Assembly: GCA_963664115.2 (NCBI GenBank)
Contig: CAXWPJ010000005.1
Location: 32,001 to 96,000 of the forward strand
Origin: Terriglobia bacterium
GTDB lineage: Bacteria > Acidobacteriota > Terriglobia > 20CM-2-55-15
Reading direction: 5' to 3'
Length of the DNA: 64,000 nt
In this document: in pieces, positions 20,189 to 29,089 of the stretch
Position numbering within the stretch: the first letter of the stretch is position 1
Layout: each line of letters opens with the position of its first letter
The notes under the pieces: generated by a model
Seen by the model: only the letters and a program-made list of their open reading frames with translations
Told to the model about the DNA's origin: nothing
Database searches by the model: none
Program-made: the position numbers and the translations under genes

Positions 20189-21139
20189 CTATGCGCCTTC
20201 CAGACCCAACCGATCATTTACTGCATGACGCAGTTTCTGTTTGCAGCCCAGGTAGCGTTCCGTCGTCAACACTGAGGAATGACCCAGCAGGAACTGAATC
20301 TGCTCAATCTCGCCCCCGGCCTGGTAGCACAACCGAGCGCAGGTCCGACGCAGATCGTGTGGGGCAAGTTGGCTGATCTCCGATCGCTTTGCAACTTGCT
20401 TGATAATTCGCCAGACGACTTTTCCAGACAGACCGTCACCCCAGACACCTCCATAACGGTTCACTCTGCGAAAAATTCTTCCAGCACTAATTCCGGCCGA
20501 CCGTGTCCAGTTGTCCAATGCAGCTTTGACCCAGTCCGGCATTGGCACGGTTCTAACGCGTCGACCTTTGCCGATAAGATCCGCAATGATCCAGTGGTCT
20601 TCCCGGACCTGCAAATTCTCGACTCGCAGATCTACCAACTCAGATCGTCTTAAACCACATCCGAGGAGTACGGCAACGATCGCGCGATCTCGAAGGCCCC
20701 GGAGGTCGTCAGACTTGAAGCCAGTTAATAAGGTCCGCCCTTGCTCGGCCGTGAGCCAGTTGCCTATGATTCGTCCCTTTGATTTTGCTCCCTTGACATG
20801 CTGGATTCCCGCTGCCAACTCGGGACTCAGGAGTCCGCAATCCGAAGCCTCATGCGCCAAACGGCGAACAGCAGCCAGGTGCACATTGATGGTCGAAGCG
20901 GCGAGGTTTCTTTCCTTCAGATAGGTTTTGTATCGTCGAACAACAGTCCGGTTGAAAGCAAGGCGGGGCTCTGAACAATACCATCGTATGAATTCGTCAA
21001 TTGCTCGTCGATATGATCTTTGTGAACTTTCTGACGCCAGTGAAGCCAAGACCGCGGCCCTGGATTGTTCAAGGTCTGGCAGCTTGAGGGTCGTCTTCAT
21101 CCGTGACTTTTTCCGCTTCTTATCCGTTTCTCTTTTCAT
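20189..21139 (-). CDS. Tyrosine recombinase/integrase
   Basis: SAM-like N-terminus (WYCSEPRLAFNRTVV); catalytic GLRRSE, K in GKG, HDLRR, LGH, TERY. Confidence 0.93.
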   Translation of the reverse strand: MKRETDKKRKKSRMKTTLKLPDLEQSRAAVLASLASESSQRSYRRAIDEFIRWYCSEPRLAFNRTVVRRYKTYLKERNLAASTINVHLAAVRRLAHEASDCGLLSPELAAGIQHVKGAKSKGRIIGNWLTAEQGRTLLTGFKSDDLRGLRDRAIVAVLLGCGLRRSELVDLRVENLQVREDHWIIADLIGKGRRVRTVPMPDWVKAALDNWTRSAGISAGRIFRRVNRYGGVWGDGLSGKVVWRIIKQVAKRSEISQLAPHDLRRTCARLCYQAGGEIEQIQFLLGHSSVLTTERYLGCKQKLRHAVNDRLGLEGA

Positions 21140-21231
21140 AGTCGTGCCTCCATTTCAAATTGAACAAGGGAGGCAGATTTTCTGGAAAACAAGGCAAAAC
21201 ACTGAAATAGAGGGCTTGTCACGCCGGCGAT

Positions 21232-21318
21232 TCTCAAGGTCCGAGAATGTCGTTTCTCAGGACTTGAGAATTTAATAGCGCCTAAGTTCCTGCCTTAGTA
21301 TCCTTTGCAGAGTTTTTC
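21232..21318 (+). repeat. Right 87-bp inverted repeat including 38-bp site copy 5 (21232-21269)
   Basis: Site is the exact reverse complement of 20060-20097. Confidence 0.95.
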
Positions 21319-21346
21319 GCAGCTTTTTCAGCGACACACTTTAAAC

Positions 21347-21556
21347 ATGGAATCTGGCACCAAACTCGGTCATTACGAGATCTCAACGCTTTTAGGTAAG
21401 GGTGGAATGGGTGAAGTGTGGCGTGCTCGTGATACCAAGCTCGGGCGCGAAGTTGCGATCAAGACTCTTCCTGCAGAGTTTGCGAAGGATTCAGATCGAC
21501 TCGCCCGGTTTGAACGTGAAGCCAAGCTGCGGATCAGCGGTATAAGCAGTGTCTGA
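21347..21556 (+). pseudogene. Kinase 5'-end stub
   Basis: [61 protein letters not shown], then stop. Confidence 0.88.
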
Positions 21557-21842
21557 CGACTATGGCAGCGCTGTCAGTGTCGTCGTATGGGTGTTATGTC
21601 AATCCGGGTTCAGCGCTTGTACTGCCAGCGCCATGGCATGCCATTGGCTCAGGGTTACCGGTTGCCGCCAGGATGGCAGCGCTACGACCGGACCAAATTT
21701 CAAATATCTTTGCTTAGGTTAGTGGCGAGAGGGGCTAGAAGCCGATGTGTAAGGGGAATAATGAGATCGCCACCCCAGCGATGGGTGCGAACTCATGCCC
21801 CCCTTGATCATTTGGCAGTCAGGCGGGACCGGCCGAAAACTC

Positions 21843-24008
21843 CTAGAACAGCTCCGGCACGTGGAAACTCAACACTGCGTTCTGCTTCATGTCGGACACT
21901 ATGACCGTCTGGTTCTTCGGGTCCAGCGCCATGCCAAAGGGCTTAACGAGTACCTCACCGGGTCCGGCAAAAGTCCAGCGCGGTTCAATGTTGCCATCGT
22001 CTTCGTGGATGTCCCAGACGCCCACATGTGGCGCCTTGTCGTCCGGTCCTCGGATGGCCGCAAAAATCAAACCGCGCGGTGGGAAAACACGAAGCGCTCT
22101 GAGACCTGACAGCTCCGCCTTCGCCCCCCGGATGGACCTGAGGGGCTGCGCATTGCCTTCGGCAGTACGCTCAAAGATGAATATGCCGCGGTTGCCCCCA
22201 GTGACCAGCAGATCGTTGAGGGTATCGACCGCAACCTGCCCCTGGGCTCCCTCCAGAATACGGATCGGCGCCACATTGCCATTCGCCTCCCGCGGGAAGA
22301 CCAGGATTCTACCTGAGTCGGGAACCAGGATTTCGTTGTTAACCGGATCGACCACCATCTTGTCGGGCCGACGCAGCTGAGTCCGGCTGCCTTGAATCAC
22401 TCGCAGTGGAGGCTCTGCTCCATCGGCTCCGCCCCGAAACGTCATGATCGCCTGGGCAAACTGTTGCGGCACCACAACCTCGTCGTTCACCTCATCGTAT
22501 TCGATGCCGTGCATCGTTCGGCCCAGTAGTGTCGACTGTCCTTCGATTCTGCGCATCGGGGCAGCTGCTCCATCCGCCAACCTGGCGAAAGCCGCAATTT
22601 GCGGGTGGGCCACTCAGTTGGGCACTAGAATAGCCTCCCTCTTCGTGTCGTACGCCAGAGCTCCCGGATTGCCGATCATCAAGGCCCTTTGTCCCGCCGG
22701 GGCGCTGCGGATCATGCGAAGGGGGGGAGTGTCACCTTCGGCCCCCAGCTCGAAAACGGTCAGCGAATTATTACCGTAGTTGGCCACCCAGAGCTCTTCG
22801 TTCTTGATGTCCAGAAACAAGCCGACGGGGCTGTCCAGCATCGTTTGTGGCCCCTTCAACACTCGAATTGGCGCCACATCGCCATCCGCGTCGGACGTGA
22901 ACACCAGGATTGATTGCCCGGTGTCGTTGGCAACATACAACTCGCCGCGACGCTCATCCACACCGATACCAGAGGGCCAGTTCAACTGTGTCTTCGGTCC
23001 TACGATGACTCGCACTGGCGGCGCATCGCCGCTGGCGGAGCGCTCGTGGACTGTGATGGCCGGGGGCAAAAATCTCCCCGACCCGGGTACCGCCATGTTG
23101 CGTCCTAACGGTCGAGTCGGCTCCAGGTCATTCGCATCGGCTCCTTCAGCCGATCTGCTGGACACGTGCCCGTGGTTCGTTACATAGATCAGGTCATGCC
23201 CTTTATCGACGGCGATCCCGTGAGGGTTGGCCAGGCGGGTTCGGTCACCTTGCAGCAACCGGATCGGCGGCTCATCCCCTGACGCGAGCTTGCGGAACAC
23301 CACAACTGCGCTGTTGTGCTGGCTGGTCAGGAAGAGCTCCTGATTCTCATCATCCACGGCGATTCCACGCCCTCTGGTCGAATAACCCGTGTTCAGTTGG
23401 CGCGCAGGCGGCACATTCCCTTCCTGATCGCGGGAGAAAACCAGCATTTTAGCGGCGGTATCGGCATGGGTGGCGTAAATGTCTCCCGAGAGCGGATCGA
23501 CATACAGACCGCACACGAACTCAATCTCCGTTTGGTCTCCACCCAAGATCCGCTTTGGTTCAGTCAACGCCGCATTGGGCGGCGTATTCGCCGTTCGGTC
23601 ATACACCAGGATCTGGTGCAGGTTTTCGTCGGCCGCCACCACCTCGTTGCGGTCCGCGTCCACGGAGACGCCGCTAAAGCTGGGACTCGAATCTCGGATA
23701 ACCCGTACGGGATCCCTTCTGAGCCGCACCGTCCGAGATGGTTCCTGCAATGGGAACGCTCGGGCGCCCCCAACTCCCGACATGAGGAGTCCAGCCTGCC
23801 TCTGACCCGCTGCGGCAGCCGAAGCGGTGCTAGCGCTGCCCACCCGCCCTTCCGAAAGCGGTTGATAGCCGTTGAGCCCGGCCTCGTTGCCGGGCTGCCC
23901 CTTCTCTGGGTCCAACGCCGACGAAAGTAGGACCAGGGACAGGCTGACCATCGTGATACCGAGCACCGTCCGTATCAAGGTGCGGTTCGTTTTCGGTGTC
24001 TCAAACAT
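21843..24008 (-). CDS. Paralogous NHL/YVTN-like beta-propeller protein with in-frame TGA at 22614-22616 (464 aa + 256 aa, 721 aa if read through)
   Basis: ...AILVPN*VAHPQIAAF; same repeat type as 17638-19701. Confidence 0.8.
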
Positions 24009-24146
24009 GTCTGATTCTCCGTGAATTCATATCCGACCAATTCCTACCGGATCATCCTTGTTGGCCTCGTGCGCCGTAACATAGGCTTCCAGCCTGTGAA
24101 TTCCAAACTTCGGGACGCAGCACTCAACGGTATTATACATTGCCAG

Positions 24147-24938
24147 GGCATTGTCAGGTTATGTCCCCAGCGTGCAGACTGACGGGATGAAGACGCGACG
24201 ATCCCGCTACATCAGGCACCGATTTCCTCCAGAGATTATCAGCCATGCTGTCTGGCTCTACTACCGATTCAGTCTGAGTTTCCGGAATGTCGAGGATCTG
24301 CTCGCTGAGCGCGGCGTGAACGTGACCTACGAATCGATCCGCCAGTGGTCCGTCAAGTTCGGAGCTCAGTATGCGCGTCGATTGAAACGACGCCAGGGGC
24401 GTCTCGGTGACACATGGCACCTGGACGAGGTCTTCGTCACGATTAACGGTGAAAGGCAATATCTCTGGCGTGCCGTGGATCAAGACGGTGATGTGATCGA
24501 TATTTTTGTTACAGCCCCGTCGGGATGGGCGTGCGGCGCGGAGATTCTTTCGGAAGCTGTTAAAGCATCAGGGAAAGGAACCATTCCGTCTCGTGACCGA
24601 CAAGCTGGGCAGCTACCGTGTCGCACATCGCGAACTCACGCCCCTGATCACCCATGATTCCCGCCAATATGCGAACAATTGGGCCGAGGTGTCACACCAG
24701 CCAACGCGACAACGCGAGCGACAAATGCGATGCTTCAAGTCGCCGGATCAGGCTCAGCGCTTCTTGCACGTTCACGGAGTCGTTCAGAATCTCTTTAGAC
24801 TGGCACGACACCGACTCAGGTCGGCTCACTATCGAATGTTGCGCACACGATCCTTCTCGACGTGGGCAGCCGTAACCACAGCGTGAGGTTTGCCTTCCCG
24901 GTCTTTTTCTGCCTTGCGCCAGCTAATTTCACAGTACC
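24147..24938 (+). mobile_element. IS6-family element, transposase frameshifted near 24508
   Basis: RHRFPPEIISHAVWLYYRFSLSFR, WHLDEVFV, TDKLGSY, NNWAEVSHQP; IR GGCATTGTCAGGTTA / TAATTTCACAGTACC. Confidence 0.85.
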
Positions 24939-24953
24939 CCCACGAGGGGGAGG

Positions 24954-26012
24954 CTACTGTGACGATTCCAGGAACCAACCCAGCTGTGCCTCGGCGCACT
25001 CACCGACGACGGTCAGATGACGCTGGACGGCTTCTGAGTCAACGAAGGGGTGCGGTTCGCCCGGGTTCCGAAATCGGAGACCGTTGACCTTGGCCAAGGT
25101 ATTGTCATGGTTCGTATGACTGGCCAGAAAGACATCAACGCGGGCCCTTAGTGCGATGTCTCGAAAACGCCGCGCCGAGGCGCTATAGATTGCTAGGCCC
25201 TCTGAACGCTCCGGCCAGTACCGGACCCCCATGGAATTACCTCCCCAGATGCTTCCCAAATGCCAGCGGTCTCCATCCTTGAGTGGAATCAAGGTCGATA
25301 TCGTCCCCGGGGTGTGACCAGGCGTGATATAGAGCGTTACGGTGGTATCACCCAGCGTCAGTTCCATCCCGTCCGTGGCCACCATGTCTTTCCTGGGCTT
25401 CAACTCTGGCGGACTGTTGTCGTTGGCTACGAGATTCCAATCGGCCTCAGACATGATGATGCGCGCTCCGTACCTGTCCTGGAGCGTCTTAGCTCCGTAA
25501 TAGTGGTCGGAATGGCCGTGGGCAATAATGACGTACTTGATGTCGGCCGCATCAAGCCCCATCTGTCGCAGTCCGTCGACGATTTCGTCCTCGACCATAT
25601 AGTCGTAGGCCGTATCGTGGAGAATAATTCCTTCCGAAGTCGTCACCGCCCACATCGCTAGGCCTTGGATGTACGATCCGTCAGCAAGAGTCATCTCATT
25701 GCTACCGATGTAATAAAGGTTGTCGAATATTTTATGTGGCGGTTCGTACCATAGTTCGCGCGGTGGAATCGTTCGGGGGGGCCGCGCAGCCGTCGGCGCC
25801 GCAGGCGGCCGAGCGGACGCATTGATGACGTTTCTAGAGAACTCTCCGCAATTCCTGTCGAATATCCAGGTGAAATCATTTCCAGGTGAGTATGCCGCAG
25901 CCTTGGCTGCGGCCTCATGACTTTCCGGTGTACCGGTCTGCGCGTTCGATTCAGTCGAAATCCAACCGCCTGCAAGCAGGATCGAGAGCACGGACGGCAA
26001 GTAGCGCTTCAT
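24954..26012 (-). CDS. Secreted metallo-beta-lactamase-fold hydrolase (subclass B3-like)
   Basis: Signal peptide; KIFDNLYYIG, HGHSDH, TPGHTPG, LASH. Confidence 0.85.
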   Translation of the reverse strand: MKRYLPSVLSILLAGGWISTESNAQTGTPESHEAAAKAAAYSPGNDFTWIFDRNCGEFSRNVINASARPPAAPTAARPPRTIPPRELWYEPPHKIFDNLYYIGSNEMTLADGSYIQGLAMWAVTTSEGIILHDTAYDYMVEDEIVDGLRQMGLDAADIKYVIIAHGHSDHYYGAKTLQDRYGARIIMSEADWNLVANDNSPPELKPRKDMVATDGMELTLGDTTVTLYITPGHTPGTISTLIPLKDGDRWHLGSIWGGNSMGVRYWPERSEGLAIYSASARRFRDIALRARVDVFLASHTNHDNTLAKVNGLRFRNPGEPHPFVDSEAVQRHLTVVGECAEAQLGWFLESSQ

Positions 26013-26302
26013 GGATTCTCCCCCGTGTTAAGTCAGGATCAATGACGGATGTCGCAAGACTACCAGATACCCAATGGACGACAAAGCCAATCGTTTTCCG
26101 GCCCCTCAGGGAGAGCTTTGTCCAACTTGACATCGTCGTGACGGGTTGAGGCTCTTGGGTTGGCTGCTTTTCTCATCATGAGAGATCCAGCCTACCGGGT
26201 CTGGCGTCGCGATGAGTACTTCGAAGGTTCTGAACCAGAGGAACCAGTCCCTTGGGACCGGTTCACGCTGCGTGCACGAGGCGATGGGCGTCCGACCTCA
26301 AT

Positions 26303-26340
26303 TCCCAAGTCCCGATAAATCATCTTCTCGGACGTTGAGA
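26303..26340. repeat. 38-bp site copy 6
   Basis: TCCCAAGTCCCGATAAATCATCTTCTCGGACGTTGAGA. Confidence 0.9.
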
Positions 26341-26479
26341 ATTGGCGAGCAGAATTCCCCCGGAAAAATTCAGAAGCCGAACGACCCAGGGGTCGCCGGA
26401 GTCCCAAGCGATGGGCCCCCACTTTGAAGTCAAGCCACTCGCATGCCGTGCTTTGCTTTTCGGCACGCAAACTGCAACC

Positions 26480-26608
26480 TCAGTCAGCCTGCACTTTGCC
26501 TGGTACAATTTCGGTCGAATTCACCAGACATTGAGGGTCAAGCCCGCGATGGAAGTGGATATCACGGACCACATATGGACGTGGGAGGAAATCCTGGGAG
26601 ATAGATAA
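26480..26608 (+). pseudogene. C-terminal remnant of an IS1-like transposase
   Basis: SLHFAWYNFGRIHQTLRVKPAMEVDITDHIWTWEEIL. Confidence 0.6.
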
Positions 26609-26668
26609 CCGCCGCTTGATTAGGAATTACCCAACCGGATCGGTTCTGGCCCAGCTTTGGGCCAGCGT

Positions 26669-26869
26669 CTATGGCGTTGGAGGTATAAAAGTGACGCCAT
26701 TTCTTTCAATAAATATTTTCGGAGTCAATGGCGCACCATCCGAACAGTCTGCCCCAGAACTAACAATCACACCTTCACCCACGGTAATCAGAATGCACAC
26801 GGGCATTGAAGGGGCAATCCGCTCCTCCAGATCCTCTATCCGTACATCCAACTCGATGAATTCATCCAT
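26669..26869 (-). CDS. 66-aa peptide with LEERIAP leader-like motif
   Basis: AAGGAG RBS; MDEFIELDVRIEDLEERIAP followed by a two-Cys core. Confidence 0.6.
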   Translation of the reverse strand: MDEFIELDVRIEDLEERIAPSMPVCILITVGEGVIVSSGADCSDGAPLTPKIFIERNGVTFIPPTP

Positions 26870-26981
26870 GATCTGCTCCTTGGCGGGAACCCTATCATGG
26901 AGCCATCCAGACGGCTAGGTTTTCGGAAGAGAGTGTCCTAAGTGTCCCCGAACATCCCAGCATTTCCTCCGAATCTTCCCG

Positions 26982-27019
26982 GGTCAAGTCCTGATAAATC
27001 ATCTTCGCGGAAGTTGAGA
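26982..27019. repeat. 38-bp site copy 7
   Basis: GGTCAAGTCCTGATAAATCATCTTCGCGGAAGTTGAGA. Confidence 0.9.
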
Positions 27020-27108
27020 ATTAGTTTTGTTAGCAGATGTAGGTTACTGTCGATTTCTAAACAGATGCAATTAGTCGCCCGCGTTTACACGCGAGCAAGG
27101 AGATCATC

Positions 27109-27396
27109 ATGGCAGTCGGAGTTCAGCTTGATTTCGAGGGCGCAACAATAGAACAATACGACCAGATCTTAGAAAAGATGGGCTTAACCCACCGAGGACC
27201 GGGCGGACCGGGTAGTTTGTTCCATTGGGTGACGAAGACGGAGAACGGCCTGCGTGCCACCGATGTTTGGGAGTCCCGTGAGGTTTTCGAGAAGTTCGCA
27301 GAAGAGAAGATTGGACCGATCTCCCAAGCGGTGGGGGTTCCCGCTGCACCTGTGATCCAGTTCTTCGAGGTTTACAACTACCTCACCGCGGGCTGA
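27109..27396 (+). CDS. Small ABM/Dabb-like protein
   Basis: AAGGAG RBS; EQYDQI...LFHW...TDVWESREVFEKF. Confidence 0.7.
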   Translation: MAVGVQLDFEGATIEQYDQILEKMGLTHRGPGGPGSLFHWVTKTENGLRATDVWESREVFEKFAEEKIGPISQAVGVPAAPVIQFFEVYNYLTAG

Positions 27397-27507
27397 GCTG
27401 AAAATGGGATTGGGGGTCGTTACCCGGAGGCTTTAGCCGGGACCCAGATGCGCCAATGTGGTCGGGTGAGCGACTCGTCGCGGGAGTCGCTCTGGACCAG
27501 AACCGGC

Positions 27508-27578
27508 TGGCCCAGCCGCAGATCAACATCGTCCTCAACTGGTTTGAAGAACTGAAGGAACGGGTGCCGGTGCCGTGA
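27508..27578 (+). pseudogene. Kinase 3'-end stub
   Basis: PQINIVLNWFEELKERVPVP*. Confidence 0.85.
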
Positions 27579-27684
27579 AGCAGGTCGTTCGTCCCCGCCT
27601 GTAGCCCGTCAGAGCATTTCGCACAGAATCCGCTGAAAAACTAAGAGACACTTTTCTAATCAGAACGATCTGAAGGAGGATCGA

Positions 27685-28050
27685 ATGAGTGAGAAAGTGT
27701 CGGCAGAGAATCGGGTACGGGAAATTCGTCGGAAGACGAGGAAGAAGTACTCGTCGGAAGAGAAAGTGCGGATTGTGTTGGAAGGACTGCGAGGGGAAGA
27801 GAGCATCGCAGCGCTGTGCCGACGCGAAGGGATTCCATCGAATTTGTATTACCGGTGGAGCAAGGACTTCCTGGAGGCAGGCAAGAAGAGACTGGCTGGG
27901 GACACGAAGCGGGAAGCCACGTCGAGCGAAGTCACTGAGTTGCGGCAGGAAAACGATCAGTTGAAGCAGGTCGTGGCCGAAATACTGCTAAAGAATCGTT
28001 TTCTGAAAAAAACGTTGAACGTAACGGACTCCGAGAGCATCGATATATGA
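27685..28050 (+). CDS. IS3 OrfA (HTH)
   Basis: EKVRIVLEGLRGEESIAALCRREGI. Confidence 0.88.
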   Translation: MSEKVSAENRVREIRRKTRKKYSSEEKVRIVLEGLRGEESIAALCRREGIPSNLYYRWSKDFLEAGKKRLAGDTKREATSSEVTELRQENDQLKQVVAEILLKNRFLKKTLNVTDSESIDI

Positions 28051-29030
28051 GGCAATCGGGATCTGAGAAGCTGGAGACGATCCGAGTGGTGGAAGACTCG
28101 GAGTTGTCGGTGACAGCGACCCTCCGGGAGCTGGGCGTCCCCCGCAGCACGTTCTACGGTTGGTATCGACGATACAAAGAGCGTGGCGCAGCCGGCTTGT
28201 TAGATCGGCATTCCGGCCCCGGCTTCTGCTGGAACCGGATTCCGGGACCGGTGCGGGAACAGGTGGTCGAAACCGCGTTGAACCACCCGGAAGCCTCACC
28301 GCGGGAACTGGCCTGGCAGATCACCGACACCCAGGACTACTTCATCTCCGAATCCAGCGTGTATCGGATTCTGAAGAGATGCGACCTGATCACCAGTCCC
28401 GCATACATCGTGATGACGGCCAGCGATCACTTCCAGCAGCCAACCCGGCGTGTGAACGAACTCTGGCAAACTGATTTCACTTACTTCAGGGTCGTCGGTT
28501 GGGGTTGGTACTACCTGTCGACCGTGCTGGACGATTACTCTCGCTACATCATCGCCTGGAAGCTCTTTCAAACCATGGCCGCATCTGACGTTCAGGACAC
28601 GCTGGACGTTGCACTACAGGCGACAGATGTCGGACAAGTACAAGTCCGGCACCGACCGCGATTGTTGAGCGACAACGGCCCCTGCTACGTATCGCACGAA
28701 CTCAAAGACTATTTACAACGTCGTGGTATGGAACACACCCGGGGTGCGCCCTATCACCCGATGACACAGGGCAAGATCGAACGCTATCACCGTTCGATGA
28801 AGAACGTGGTCAAGTTGGAACACTACTATTATCCGTGGGAACTTGAGCAGGCGATCGCGCAATGGGTCGAACACTACAACCACCATCGGTATCACGAATC
28901 TCTGAACAACGTGACACCGGCTGACGTGTTCTTCGGGAGGGATCAGCAGATCCTTGCACGTCGTGACCAGATCAAAAGAAAAACGCTGGCTCGACGCAAA
29001 ATCGAGAACCTTAGGATTGGAGTGGTATAA
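28047..29030 (+). CDS. IS3 OrfB (DDE/rve)
   Basis: WQTDFTY, SDNGPCY, QGKIERYHRSMK. Confidence 0.9.
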   Translation: MRQSGSEKLETIRVVEDSELSVTATLRELGVPRSTFYGWYRRYKERGAAGLLDRHSGPGFCWNRIPGPVREQVVETALNHPEASPRELAWQITDTQDYFISESSVYRILKRCDLITSPAYIVMTASDHFQQPTRRVNELWQTDFTYFRVVGWGWYYLSTVLDDYSRYIIAWKLFQTMAASDVQDTLDVALQATDVGQVQVRHRPRLLSDNGPCYVSHELKDYLQRRGMEHTRGAPYHPMTQGKIERYHRSMKNVVKLEHYYYPWELEQAIAQWVEHYNHHRYHESLNNVTPADVFFGRDQQILARRDQIKRKTLARRKIENLRIGVV

Positions 29031-29089
29031 CTTCAAAACCGTCTCTTAGCTAAATGGTCTTTTTGTCCGAATTATTCTGACGACGTACA

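Larger units (their letters stand above)
27600..29089 (+). mobile_element. IS3-family element, copy 1 (complete)
   Basis: Ends TGTAGCCCGTCAGA / TCTGACGACGTACA; orfA plus orfB with A7 run at 28006-28012. Confidence 0.9.

Noticed and set aside
504-27019. CRISPR array or canonical integron attC array
   Set aside because: Repeats are 0.6-8 kb apart and in both orientations, there are no cas genes, there are no RYYYAAC/GTTRRRY ends, and the recombinase is not recognisably IntI
27579-27599. An eighth 38-bp site after the kinase tail
   Set aside because: Only GTCCC matches before the IS3 end; too degenerate to call
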